Below the pieces are notes generated by a model, which saw only the letters and a list, made by a program, of their open reading frames with translations, searched no databases and had not been told where the DNA came from. A stretch of 64,000 nt of DNA, taken from the NCBI GenBank assembly GCA_965203275.1, contig OZ241865.1:1984001-2048000 (forward strand). The letters are read 5' to 3'. A program made the position numbers and the translations under genes. Source of the stretch: Bdellovibrionales bacterium. GTDB taxonomy: Bacteria > Bdellovibrionota > Bdellovibrionia > Bdellovibrionales > JAUICD01. This document shows, piece after piece, positions 19,172 through 29,629 of this stretch. How positions within the stretch are numbered: position 1 is the first letter of the stretch; every line of letters begins with the position of its first letter.

Positions 19172-21127
19172 ATGAAAGCAAATATAGATATTGACAAAGA
19201 AATGCTCAATAAATGGAAAGGTCAATTGAAAAGCTTTCCAAAAACTCCCGGTGTTTATCTTATGAAAAACAACCTTAACCAAATCATCTACATAGGCAAA
19301 GCTAAAAATCTCAAAGACCGTATTTCTAGTTATTTCATCAAAAATCCTTCAGATAGAATCTTTTACAAAACATATTTTTTAATCCGTCAAATACACAAGA
19401 TTGACTATATTCAAACCAAAACAGAAGTAGAAGCCTTTCTCTTAGAAGCCTCTCTTGTGAAGAAACATCATCCTAAATACAATGTACGCTTAAAAGATGA
19501 CAAAGCTTACCCGTATATTCGATTAACTCTTCAGGATCCTTTTCCTCGATTTTATGTCAGTCGTAGGGTCAAACAAGATGGCAGTGTTTACTTTGGTCCT
19601 TATACACAAAGCTCTTTTGTTAAAGACATTATGCATATCCTCAACCAAACTTTTCAAATCCGAGATTGTAGTGATAGTTTTTTTAAAAATCGTACTCGTC
19701 CATGCCTCACCCATCAAATAGGTCACTGTTCTGCCCCTTGTGTGGGATTGATCTCACAAAAAAAATACACTTCTCGCATCAATCAAGCTTTAGAATTTTT
19801 AAGAGGTCAAAATCAAAAACTCTTCAATAGTTTAAACCAACAAATGCAAAAAGCAGCCAGTCTAGAACAATTTGAAGTGGCCGCTCGCATTAGAGATATT
19901 CTTGTGTCTATGCAAAAAGCTTTAGACAAACTGCCTTTGATGAATAAAAACTCCAAAGTAGATCAAGATGTGATTGGTTATTTTGGTAATGAACGAGGAA
20001 CTTTACTCGTTATACTACATATTCGCAATGGCCGTCACATTGGGCAACATACACAGCTTTTTTCTATCAATGCTCGCAGTCATATAACTGATCTTAAAAA
20101 TACCCTTATATCCTTTATCAATCAGTACTATGTAGATAATATTGTCCCTGATCAGCTCATTATACCTATTCAAATATCTAAAAAACTTGAATGTTTAATT
20201 CAAGAAGCTCTTGCTAAAAGGGGTCACAAACAAATCAATGTGAGATTTCCTATTGATGATCAAGGTAGCCAGTTACTTCAAAAAGCAGATCTTTTAGCTC
20301 ATGATCTTTTTAAAGAACAAATACAAAAATCAGATCAAAAAAGTCAAGGGCTATTAGAGATACAAAAGCGATTTGCTCTAAAGGAATTCCCTAAACGTAT
20401 AGAATGTTTTGACATATCAACTCTTCAAGGTAAACAAACAGTGGCTTCTCAAGTAGTTTTTGAAAATGGTCTTCCAGCAAAGGAATATTACAGACGTTAT
20501 AAAATCAAAAAGGTCAGTAAGACAGATGACTTTGCTTCTATGAAAGAAGTCTTATCTAGAAGACTTCATCATACAGAACATGAAGACCCTCAACTCATTT
20601 TAATAGATGGAGGCAAGGGACAGCTAGGTGTTGTTGTGGAAGTTCTTAAAGAGTTAGGACGTGATGATATTCCTGTGGTGGCATTAGCTAAGGCAAGAAG
20701 TTTGTTCTCTCAAAAACAAAAAAAAATCAAACTTAAAAAAAAGGCTCAAAGTAAAGAAGTCTCTGGTAGTAAGGCTATCACTGCTACACAAAATGATCAT
20801 AGTGAGGAAAGATTTTTTTTACCAGGCCGTAAAAATCCTATAGTATTTAAATCTCAATCACAGCCTTTTCAAATTCTGGTCAGTTTAAGGAACGAAGCCC
20901 ATCGCTTTGCTATCACCCATCACAGAAAACTTCGCTCTAAAAGTACTATTGAAAGCCAACTGGATCACATTAAGGGGCTTGGTCAGCAAAAAAAGATTTT
21001 ACTTTTAGAACATTTTCAAAGTGTAGAAAATATCAAAAAAGCCACTACTCAAGAAATTAGTCAATTAAAGGGTTTTAATCAAATACTAGCAGAGCGTATT
21101 CATTTATCTTTAAAGAATTCATCTTAG
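19172..21127 (+). CDS. uvrC: Excinuclease ABC subunit C
   Basis: GIY-YIG (PGVYLM...YIGKAKNL), UVR domain, RIECFDIS, LIDGGKGQ, EAHRFA, HhH tail. Confidence 0.97.
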   Translation: MKANIDIDKEMLNKWKGQLKSFPKTPGVYLMKNNLNQIIYIGKAKNLKDRISSYFIKNPSDRIFYKTYFLIRQIHKIDYIQTKTEVEAFLLEASLVKKHHPKYNVRLKDDKAYPYIRLTLQDPFPRFYVSRRVKQDGSVYFGPYTQSSFVKDIMHILNQTFQIRDCSDSFFKNRTRPCLTHQIGHCSAPCVGLISQKKYTSRINQALEFLRGQNQKLFNSLNQQMQKAASLEQFEVAARIRDILVSMQKALDKLPLMNKNSKVDQDVIGYFGNERGTLLVILHIRNGRHIGQHTQLFSINARSHITDLKNTLISFINQYYVDNIVPDQLIIPIQISKKLECLIQEALAKRGHKQINVRFPIDDQGSQLLQKADLLAHDLFKEQIQKSDQKSQGLLEIQKRFALKEFPKRIECFDISTLQGKQTVASQVVFENGLPAKEYYRRYKIKKVSKTDDFASMKEVLSRRLHHTEHEDPQLILIDGGKGQLGVVVEVLKELGRDDIPVVALAKARSLFSQKQKKIKLKKKAQSKEVSGSKAITATQNDHSEERFFLPGRKNPIVFKSQSQPFQILVSLRNEAHRFAITHHRKLRSKSTIESQLDHIKGLGQQKKILLLEHFQSVENIKKATTQEISQLKGFNQILAERIHLSLKNSS

Positions 21128-21159
21128 TTAGGCTGACCTTTGAACTCACGGATCACACA

Positions 21160-21608
21160 GATTTTTGAGGTCATCAGCCTTTGATCGACGGCAACAGCCA
21201 AAAGGCGTAAAATAGGACTTTTTCTTTAACATCGAGTTTATCCGGGATCCCGGGATCTGGGATCCGGCAAGCCGGCATCAGTTCCCGGGATGCCTGATTG
21301 CCTGATCCCGGGAGTGAACTTCTTGTTTCCTTAACATGGAGTAAAGAGACGAGGGGATCCTCCTTATTCAAAGTGGTCAGGCTTTTGAGGCAATGACCAT
21401 TTTGCCAATGGCGAAAGCCTTTGCGGTCATTGTCCAAAAACATGGGTGTAAGAAAGGACTTTTTCCTTAACATGTAGTTAAAAAACGAAAGGATCCTTCT
21501 TACTCAAAGTGAACAGGCTTTTGAGGCGATGACCATTTTGTCAAAGGCGGAAGCCTTTGCGGTCATCGTCCAAAAGTGGCCAGAGGCCAGTTCACTTTGA
21601 GTGAGCCA
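21160..21608 (+). repeat. Cluster of family A/B elements (complete copy 21463-21604)
   Basis: Three end motifs, GGGATCC cassette, outer stem ACTCAAAGTGAAC/GTTCACTTTGAGT. Confidence 0.9.
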
Positions 21609-21612
21609 ACAC

Positions 21613-21926
21613 ACGTATTTCTAAAAGAGGTACGTACGGGTAGATGAGGATCACCGAAATTAGATAATAAAAGGCCCAAAGAAAGGATTGAGAATGATAT
21701 ATACAACAAAGAGTATATATTTATGGTGTTATGCAATGAATTTCTAGCCGATCACCTCAAAATTGACCTTCCTATTCTCTGAAAAGTTCTTGATTTGGTG
21801 GATTTACGAAATTAGAGAGATACATTCAAGGAAGGGAAATTTTGAGGGTGGACAACTCACGTATCTCTGAAAAAGGTACGTACGGGTAGACGAAAACACA
21901 CGAAATTAGATAATAAAAGGCCCAAA
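21613..21926. repeat. ~70-bp imperfect direct repeat, two copies (21613 and 21858)
   Basis: CACGTAT.TCT.AAA.AGGTACGTACGGGTAGA...CGAAATTAGATAATAAAAGGCCCAAA. Confidence 0.8.
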
Positions 21927-22051
21927 CTATGTAAAATTTACAAAATGCCCTATAACCTTTACAATGTGGGTTGTTTTCGTTTGCAATCTGTTGTAATCCA
22001 TGCATAATAAGGCAAAAGGTATTACATTAGTATTACATTGAAGATTTTTTA

Positions 22052-23002
22052 ATGATTAAAAGACTTAAAGAAAGGAGAAAAATTATGAAACCATTAAGCA
22101 TTATAATAATAACTATAACAACTTTATTTTTCAGTTCAACGGCTGTTTTAGCTCAAACAACTAACCTTTGTGATTCTGATTGGTATAGTTCTGCCAGTAG
22201 CAACGATATATCAAATGCTATTAGAAATGGTGCTAATGTTAATCAATCTTGTTCAAGTGGGTCATCGCCACTATTGCTTGCCTTGGAATATGGCAGAGCC
22301 GATGCGGTCCTGGCATTGATACGGGCAGGTGCTAATTTGGATTATCAAGACATTTACACTCGTCAAACACCCAATCAGGTGATCACTGACCAATGTGATA
22401 GGGGGCGGATCGATCGCAGTGTGTGCAATGAAGTCAGACGTGGCTTTGAAGCAAGAGCCGAAGCTCAAAATAACCTGTGTGACCCCCGTTGGTGGCAGTC
22501 GTTCTATCGGCAGAGTCAAGCTCAAGCTAAAAGCCGTATGCAGGCTGTGATGCGTACGCCAGGATTAGATGTTAATTATGATTGTGGTAGGGGTGATCGC
22601 CCTTTACATATTGCCCTACAAGATTCCTTAACTCCACTAACAGAAGGTGCTGGACAGGCTATATGGACTTTGATGTATGAAGGTAAAAATGTAGATCGTT
22701 TTGTAAGGAATGGATCTGGTAGATCCATTATGGACCTGGCAGAAGTTAGATATGACCATCAAATAAGAGGTAATTATCTTCGTCTTTTATCAAGACGTTG
22801 TAATAATCAGATATCCTTACAAGAATATAATCAACAATACTATCAAATTTATATCAATGAAGTAGCCATATATATATATATGAAAGGATATGAGAGTGAG
22901 CAAGCGTATCAAGTAGCTGAGGTTAATTTTAATCAAGAACTTTTTGGTACCAATCAAACTACTCAAAGAACCCAAGAGCAGCTTTGTTTAAAATATAGAT
23001 AA
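22052..23002 (+). CDS. Secreted ankyrin-repeat protein with two NLC..W[WY] modules (likely start 22085)
   Basis: AGGAG RBS before 22085, signal peptide ending VLA, GANVN...SPLLLA and GDRPLHIA ankyrin motifs. Confidence 0.85.
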   Translation: MIKRLKERRKIMKPLSIIIITITTLFFSSTAVLAQTTNLCDSDWYSSASSNDISNAIRNGANVNQSCSSGSSPLLLALEYGRADAVLALIRAGANLDYQDIYTRQTPNQVITDQCDRGRIDRSVCNEVRRGFEARAEAQNNLCDPRWWQSFYRQSQAQAKSRMQAVMRTPGLDVNYDCGRGDRPLHIALQDSLTPLTEGAGQAIWTLMYEGKNVDRFVRNGSGRSIMDLAEVRYDHQIRGNYLRLLSRRCNNQISLQEYNQQYYQIYINEVAIYIYMKGYESEQAYQVAEVNFNQELFGTNQTTQRTQEQLCLKYR

Positions 23003-23094
23003 AATAATTTTATAGTTGAGCATATTAATTTATCTAAAGTATTGACAGTTTGATAAAAAGTAGACACTGAGAAGCAAATAAATGCCATTAAACT

Positions 23095-23110
23095 TGGCAT
23101 CCCCCTTGCA
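23095..23110 (+). promoter_or_regulatory. Sigma54 -24/-12 promoter
   Basis: TGGCAT-CCCCC-TTGCA, exact GG-N10-GC spacing, 60 bp upstream of ORF 23170. Confidence 0.7.
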
Positions 23111-23169
23111 TGTTTTAAAGTAGGTGAGGTTTTATTTCATGTACTTTCAGATCAAAGGGGGATTGATTT

Positions 23170-24768
23170 GTGATCAACAAAAAGTATTTCTTAAAAAATC
23201 CATTTTGTTATTCTAGTTTAATTATTTATATTGGCCTAATATTTGTCTTTATTCCTATATCAAGTTTAGCACAAGAGCAAGATGGTGATATCAGAAGAAT
23301 ACCAGGACCAGGAGAGGTCGTAGTCGTAGGTGGAACAGCAGATGAAACACAAGTAGCTAGTGGTGCGGAAGATGCAACAAAAAAGGGTAGTAGATTTGGT
23401 ATATATTCAATGGCTTGCACTACTATTCAAAGCACAGTCCTAGATTTAGCATGCAATCAGAAGGCTTATGCATCGGCGACCAAACCTGTCACAGATCGCT
23501 TCGAACAGATGATGGCCAATAATAGCAATGGAAGTCAGAAGGACCAGTGCCAGTTGGTACAACAGATGAATGAAGCAACTAAAAAAATCAATCAATCCAT
23601 CACAGGCAAATGCCATACGGCCATCCTCTCATGCAAAGGCACTTGTGGTATGGCCCTTAAAAATGCTAAGGTAGCCCACGCTGCTGCTATTGAACCTACG
23701 GCCAAAGCTATGTTCTGGGCAGAGATGACCGCTATTAGCAAGAGTATGGCAAGCTGTGCTAGCAAATGGGCCAGTGTTAAGAAAACCAGCGATCTTCAGA
23801 TAGCTCGTAATACAGATGCCATTAAGCAGGCTAAAGACTGCGTAGATGGTTTGGGTGGATCCGGTGAGTTGAGCGATTCTTCTAATTGCGATCAACTTCC
23901 GCTAACTAAAAAAAACCTCTGTCAACAACTAGGTGAGGTGGCCTTTTGCAAACAACATCCAAAGATAGATTTTTGCCATAGTGTAGATAGCCTCTTTGCC
24001 GGCAAAAAAGATGCCCCCGGTCCTGGTCATACGAATGCCAATGCCATCGACTCAAATCCCCTAAAACAAAGGCTTCCCAGGGGGGGGGGGGACAAACGTC
24101 CAGGAGATCAATCGCAACAAGACTTAGCCACGTCTGAAATATGTCAACAACGTCCAGATAGTCCGGAGTGTAAGAGAGATGAGTGTAATTCTTTACCAAC
24201 TTCAGACACTCGTAGTTTATGCCATGCAGAGGGTATAGAAAAAACTTGCAAATATGTCCCTCAATTACCTCGATGTAAAAAAAGAGCAGCCGATTTAGCT
24301 AAGAATAAGGTCGACCCTTTAAGTGGTCATACAAGTTTAGGATTAAAAGGTGGTTTTGCTGGTGGCGGAAGTGCTGGTGGTTCTGCTGGTGGAGGTTCTG
24401 GCAGTGGAGGAGGCTCTGGCAGTGGTGGCTTAGGTGGCAGTGATTTTGCAAGCGGAGATGGTGCAGAAGGATTAAAGCCACTGGCAGGATCATCTGTGAT
24501 AAAGGTGGATAAGGATGGGAATGTCCATGCTCTTGTGAATGGTCGATATACAAATTTAGGTAGTGGCAGGCGAGCAAGGAATCTCCACAAAAAAATATCA
24601 GGTTTAAGTTATAGTGATTATCTATTGCGGAAGCCTCAAAAGCGAGGACCTGCAAGTATCCAGCAAGGTAAAAGCGAAGAGGTCACATCTGCAAATGGTT
24701 TAACCAACTTCCAAAAAGTCTCCCGAACAATAAAGCTATTGTTCCCTACATTACTTTACTCAAAATAA
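23170..24768 (+). CDS. Secreted Cys-rich, Gly-rich hypothetical protein
   Basis: Signal peptide, many paired Cys, GGSAGG low-complexity linker, RGPAS near the C-terminus. Confidence 0.8.
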   Translation: MINKKYFLKNPFCYSSLIIYIGLIFVFIPISSLAQEQDGDIRRIPGPGEVVVVGGTADETQVASGAEDATKKGSRFGIYSMACTTIQSTVLDLACNQKAYASATKPVTDRFEQMMANNSNGSQKDQCQLVQQMNEATKKINQSITGKCHTAILSCKGTCGMALKNAKVAHAAAIEPTAKAMFWAEMTAISKSMASCASKWASVKKTSDLQIARNTDAIKQAKDCVDGLGGSGELSDSSNCDQLPLTKKNLCQQLGEVAFCKQHPKIDFCHSVDSLFAGKKDAPGPGHTNANAIDSNPLKQRLPRGGGDKRPGDQSQQDLATSEICQQRPDSPECKRDECNSLPTSDTRSLCHAEGIEKTCKYVPQLPRCKKRAADLAKNKVDPLSGHTSLGLKGGFAGGGSAGGSAGGGSGSGGGSGSGGLGGSDFASGDGAEGLKPLAGSSVIKVDKDGNVHALVNGRYTNLGSGRRARNLHKKISGLSYSDYLLRKPQKRGPASIQQGKSEEVTSANGLTNFQKVSRTIKLLFPTLLYSK

Positions 24769-24805
24769 ATTGCTATCTTGATCCTTGGGCTACTTTTAGT
24801 GAACT

Positions 24806-25030
24806 AACTCCCTAACCCCACCCCCCGCCCTTCGATCTGCTTTTTCATTTGTATGTTTTTTATGAGTGGAATGCGGAGTCAGGCTTCCGAAGTCCTCAAC
24901 CTTCGCTTGCTTTGGGGAGCAAGCGGGTCTGCGGAAGATCTCCAGCCTGCCTCCGCATCCCACTCATAATATTCATGTTTATTTGAGATTTACGCAGAAT
25001 CTAAAAGAAAATAAAAAAAACAAAAAAACT
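24806..25030. repeat. Structured repeat family D, intact copy (long GC-rich hairpin 24861-24968)
   Basis: TATGAGTGG..TGCGGAG.CAGGCT...AGCCTG.CTCCGCA.CCCACTCATA; interrupted copies at 58689 and 59440. Confidence 0.85.
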
Positions 25031-25034
25031 CTTT

Positions 25035-25832
25035 TTCCTTAACATGTTGTCAAGAGACGAAGGGATCCTCCTTACTAAAAGTGGTCAAGCTTTCTAGGCG
25101 ATGAGCATTTTATCGACGGCGTGAGCCGTCGTGGTCATCGCCAGAAAGTGACCAGAGGTCAGACCACTTTTAGTGAAACAAAACAAGCTGATAAATTAGG
25201 AGCTTTTTTATACAAGTTATGTAAAAATACTTAAATTCAAATTTAATTTTCCCGGGATCCGGGATCCGGGATCTGGGATCCGGGATCAGACATCAGTTCC
25301 CGGGATGCCTGCTTGCCTGATCCCGGGAATAAATATCTTGTTCCCTTAACATGGTGTAAAGAGACGAGGGGATCCTCCCCTACTAAAAGTAAACGGACTT
25401 TTGAGACATTGCTCTTTTTAGACAGCGAGAGCTGTCAGAGCAATGTCCAAAAGCAACCAGAGGTTGGTTTACTTTTAGTGAACCAACTCCTTAACATCAT
25501 GTTTATCCGGGATCCGGGAACCGGGATCCGGCAGTCAGGCAATCAGGTGTAAGAAGGAACTTTTTCCTTAACATTGTGTAAAGAGACGAAAGGATCCTCC
25601 CTACTAAAAGTAAACGGACTTTTGAGGCATTGCTCTTTTTAGACAGCGTATAGCTGTCAGAGCAATGTCCAAAAGTGACCAGAGGTCAGTTTACTTTTAG
25701 TGAAACAGCTTAGCCTTTGATCGACGGCGGTAGCCGTCGGGCTGATTGCCCAAAAACAGCCAGAGGCTAGTTCAATTTTAGGGAAACAGCCCACTTTTAG
25801 TGAAACAGACGGCATGGTGCATTTTGAGTGAA
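25035..25832 (+). repeat. Cluster of family A/B elements downstream of tRNA-Ile2
   Basis: Complete copies 25035-25177, about 25342-25482 and 25564-25704; GGGATCC cassettes at 25251-25330 and 25507-25545. Confidence 0.9.
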
Positions 25833-25842
25833 AAACAAGTAA

Positions 25843-25919
25843 TGGTAGGCCCACGAGGATTCGAACCTCGGATCCTCCGGTTATGAGCCGGATGCTTTAA
25901 CCAACTAAGCTATGGGCCT
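25843..25919 (-). tRNA. tRNA with CAT anticodon, probably tRNA-Ile2 (lysidine)
   Basis: Reverse complement AGGCCCA...CCGGCTCATAACCGG...TGGGCCTACCA; paired 1:72 and no GGG/CCC anticodon stem exclude initiator; arm resembles Ile2. Confidence 0.9.
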
Positions 25920-26038
25920 TCCTGCATTTTTTATCTTTTATCTATTTTAGTTTATAAACCTTGAATTTGACAGCCTAAAAAAATAAGACTGAATCATTTC
26001 AATATTTGAAAATTGTGAGTCTATTTTGTGCCACGACA

Positions 26039-26083
26039 CTTATTGCCACAGAACTTATTGCCACAGAACTTATTGCCACAGAA
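26039..26083. repeat. 15-bp tandem repeat x3
   Basis: CTTATTGCCACAGAA three times. Confidence 0.85.
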
Positions 26084-26113
26084 TTGTTGACGACCCTGTA
26101 AAAATCCTCATCT

Positions 26114-27199
26114 TTAAAAAAGATTTTCATCAGATAAGATATAATTTTCTGGATTGACAGGCAAATCATTTAACCGCACTTCATAATGTAAATGAGGGCC
26201 TGTGGTTCGGCCTGTATTGCCAACAGTGGCAATCACCTCACCTCTAGTGACCTTTTGCCCTATTTTAACAAAAACCTCAGAATTATGACCATATCGAGTC
26301 ACAATACCATATCCATGGTCAATAGAAACAAGCTTTCCATACCCACCATCATAACCTGAATAAGTAACAACACCATGGCCTGTTGCTTTAACAGGTGTCC
26401 CTGGTCTAGCTGCAATGTCTAATCCTTGATGCAGAGAGGGTCTTTGAGTATAAGGTGAAATACGATAACCAAAACGAGAGCTAATCCACCCGTTATGTGT
26501 GATAGGTGCAATAGTAGGTGTTGCCTGTAAGAGGCTATATCTTTGTGAAAGAGCTTCCCATAGCTTCAGTCCATCCTGCCTTTGTAACTTAGAATAATCA
26601 ATAGCCCTATCTAAACGGATATTCAATAAAGCATAGTCTTTTTTATCTTCTACTGTGAGTTGTCCATTTTCTAAATTCAATGGAGGTGACTTAAAAAACA
26701 AAGCATCAGGGTCTTCAGTAGAGGTATCTTTTAGAGAAGGATCTAAATCCTCTTGTATATCAGGTATATCAGAATCAGAACTAAACATCATAGATGAAAT
26801 TTCATTTTCCACTGCATCTATTCCATCATGCAGAGTACCTGGACCTAAGGGACCTATAACTAAGTTATTGTCATCTTGAGCAGAGGGCATCATAATGATT
26901 TTCAGTTTTGTCATGAAAGTACGGAAATACTTCATCTCACCTTCTAAAATATCCATTTTGCCCTTTAAAGAAGCTACCTGCTCTACCATCTGTGTGTTTT
27001 TAACACGTAGTCTTTGATTTTCTGAAGTTTGCATAAGAAGACTTAAATAATCTAAGATGATAGCTGAAAAAAATACAGTTCCTATAACAGCAAAAATACA
27101 AATAGCCTTCAAGTAAGCTGTGGAAATCACAAACTTTCTAGTAATTCCTTTGCGGTCACTCACCATCATAAATGTCATACGTTGATCAGACATAAACAC
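26114..27199 (-). CDS. M23 family metallopeptidase
   Basis: N-terminal TM and coiled coil; HQGLD, YGH and TGPHLHYEV motifs. Confidence 0.95.
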   Translation of the reverse strand: MFMSDQRMTFMMVSDRKGITRKFVISTAYLKAICIFAVIGTVFFSAIILDYLSLLMQTSENQRLRVKNTQMVEQVASLKGKMDILEGEMKYFRTFMTKLKIIMMPSAQDDNNLVIGPLGPGTLHDGIDAVENEISSMMFSSDSDIPDIQEDLDPSLKDTSTEDPDALFFKSPPLNLENGQLTVEDKKDYALLNIRLDRAIDYSKLQRQDGLKLWEALSQRYSLLQATPTIAPITHNGWISSRFGYRISPYTQRPSLHQGLDIAARPGTPVKATGHGVVTYSGYDGGYGKLVSIDHGYGIVTRYGHNSEVFVKIGQKVTRGEVIATVGNTGRTTGPHLHYEVRLNDLPVNPENYILSDENLF

Positions 27200-27318
27200 A
27201 CCTTTCTTCTTTGTAATAACTCCCTTTGTAATAAATATAAAAAAACAAAAATCCCCTTTTCAACTCCATTATACCCTAACCTAAAGAATCAAAAATATCA
27301 AATATAAGCTAGACTTTT

Positions 27319-29487
27319 TTATTTCTGTGAACTTTCTAGGTAAGAATATCCAGAAAGTCCATCTTCATAATTTCTCATCAGTAAGTAGGCATCTGATTTG
27401 TTCATTTTGGCTTTTTCAATACTCCCTTCTATAGATCTTCTCATTTTTTGAATAAGTTCTGTCCTATTATATTGAATGAAATTTAATATTTCCATGACAG
27501 TATCACCTTCTTCAACTTCTTTGAGATGATAGCCATTTTTGCTAATCAATACAGACACAGCATCTGTATCACCAAAAAGATTATGCAAGTCACCTAAGAT
27601 TTCTTGATAAGCTCCTACCAAAAACACCCCAATATAATAAGGTTGCTTTTGTGTGAGTTTGTGTAGCTTCAAGCTGTGGCTAAATTTCCCTTTTTGTATA
27701 AAGCGATCAATTTTGCCATCACAGTCACAGGTCAAATCAGCAAGGACAGCAAATACATCAGGCTTTTCATTTAATCTCTGTACAGGGATCACAGGGAAAA
27801 CATGCTTTGTTGCCCAAGAATCAGGCACAGATTGAAATACACTAAAATTAGTAAAATATAAAGTCATCAAGTCTTGCTTTAAAATCTCTATAATGTCTGA
27901 TTTGTTCTGTTCTTTTGCAAGCTGAACAATTTTTTTATTTAAAAGGTAAATGATTTTTTCTGCAAGTGCTTTTTGTTTTAAATTCAACATACCATAAGTA
28001 AACAGCTGAGGTATATCCATCTTGTATTGTTGAAGATCATTAAAAGACTCAATAAGGTTTTCAGAAGATAGCGTTTCATAAGTTTCATAGAGGTCTTGTA
28101 TAATTAAGGGTTCGTCTTTTTTAACGTCTTCTGTTGTCTCAAGTTTTTTATCAGATGTACTTAATACATCACAAATCAATACAGAATGATGAGCTGTCAT
28201 CATGCGTCCTGACTCAGAAACAATGACAGGATGAGGGACTTTCATTTCATCACAAATGCTTTGAATAATAAATACAACATCATTGGCATATTCTTGCTCG
28301 CTGTAATTGATAGAAGATTCAGAGCTATCATGATCTCCATAATTGACTCCAAGTCCTCCACCTACATCTAAATATTTAATAGGTACGCCTATACGGTGCA
28401 GTTCTGTATAATACCTAGCACCCTCTGTAAGGGCTTTTTTGATAGAGAAAATAGAAGGTATTTGTGAGCCAATATGAAAATGCAATAGCTTTAAACTAGT
28501 CAGTAAGTTTTGATCTTTTAAGGTTTGAATGCACTTAACAATTTCTGCTGATGTGAGGCCAAATTTAGACCTATGTCCTGATGATTGTTTCCATCTCCCA
28601 GAGGCAATAGAATCCATTCTTACTCTGATCCCTATTTGAGGAGTAATATTTAAGTTTTTAGAAACCTCAAAGATTAATTCTAGGTCTTCTATTTTTTCTA
28701 CAACAACAATGGTATTGTGTCCTAGTTTTTGAGATAAAAGAGCTGTTTCTACGTATTTTAAGTCTTTAAAGCCATTACAGATCAGCAATCCATTAGAAGG
28801 ATTCATCATAGCTAGTGCAACTAAAAGTTCTGGCTTACTCCCACACTCAAGTCCTAACTTGTAGGACTTCCCTGATTTCAGAACCTGCTCTACAACATGC
28901 CTTTGTTGATTGACTTTTATAGGATAAACTCCTTGGTACTTATTTTTGTATTCATATTTTTCAATAGCCTCTTGAAAGCATCTATTGATCAGGCGAATCC
29001 TCTCATCCACAATATCCATAAAACGTATCAATATAGGAGTCCGAATGCCTCTTTCCTTAAGGTCTGCCATTAAGTCATAAAGAGCTACTTGCTGTTCTCG
29101 GTGAGATTTTTTAGGATGCACAACCACTTGCCCTTGGGAGTTAATACTAAAATAGCCTCCTCCCCAGTCTTTAATTCCATAGAGATGATTGGCTTGTTGA
29201 ATGCTCCAATCTTGTGAAAATGTTTGTTTTTGAGTGCTATTGTTGCCATTTTCATAAGCTGGCTTTGCTTTTGATTTTTTGGAGGTATGTGCATTGTGAA
29301 ATGTATGAGGATTTTTCAGAGATGAGTTATTTTTATAGGACGAAGACACAACAGTACTTTGATCAGAGTCAGAGGAGGATTGACACTTCTGATGAGGTTC
29401 ATTTGATGCAGGTGCAGAAAAATATTTTAAAAATAAGCTTTTTTTTGACATAACCTCGTATATAACCTTTTTTATTATTATAATCAA
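27319..29487 (-). CDS. speA: Biosynthetic arginine decarboxylase (true start may be downstream)
   Basis: GVYPIKVNQ, GSKPEL, LHFHIGSQ, DVGGGLG, DLTCDCDG, GAYQEILGDLHNLFG. Confidence 0.96.
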   Translation of the reverse strand: MIIIIKKVIYEVMSKKSLFLKYFSAPASNEPHQKCQSSSDSDQSTVVSSSYKNNSSLKNPHTFHNAHTSKKSKAKPAYENGNNSTQKQTFSQDWSIQQANHLYGIKDWGGGYFSINSQGQVVVHPKKSHREQQVALYDLMADLKERGIRTPILIRFMDIVDERIRLINRCFQEAIEKYEYKNKYQGVYPIKVNQQRHVVEQVLKSGKSYKLGLECGSKPELLVALAMMNPSNGLLICNGFKDLKYVETALLSQKLGHNTIVVVEKIEDLELIFEVSKNLNITPQIGIRVRMDSIASGRWKQSSGHRSKFGLTSAEIVKCIQTLKDQNLLTSLKLLHFHIGSQIPSIFSIKKALTEGARYYTELHRIGVPIKYLDVGGGLGVNYGDHDSSESSINYSEQEYANDVVFIIQSICDEMKVPHPVIVSESGRMMTAHHSVLICDVLSTSDKKLETTEDVKKDEPLIIQDLYETYETLSSENLIESFNDLQQYKMDIPQLFTYGMLNLKQKALAEKIIYLLNKKIVQLAKEQNKSDIIEILKQDLMTLYFTNFSVFQSVPDSWATKHVFPVIPVQRLNEKPDVFAVLADLTCDCDGKIDRFIQKGKFSHSLKLHKLTQKQPYYIGVFLVGAYQEILGDLHNLFGDTDAVSVLISKNGYHLKEVEEGDTVMEILNFIQYNRTELIQKMRRSIEGSIEKAKMNKSDAYLLMRNYEDGLSGYSYLESSQK

Positions 29488-29629
29488 GAGAATTCGACTT
29501 GACTTTATTCAATTAGGTAGTTTAATTGTAAAAAGTTCTTGTTTTTTAAGATTCTTTTTGAAAAAATTACATAATTTACAGTGCATCTTCTAAAGGGAAT
29601 ATTTAAGGAGACTATTTAAGGAGACAAAT

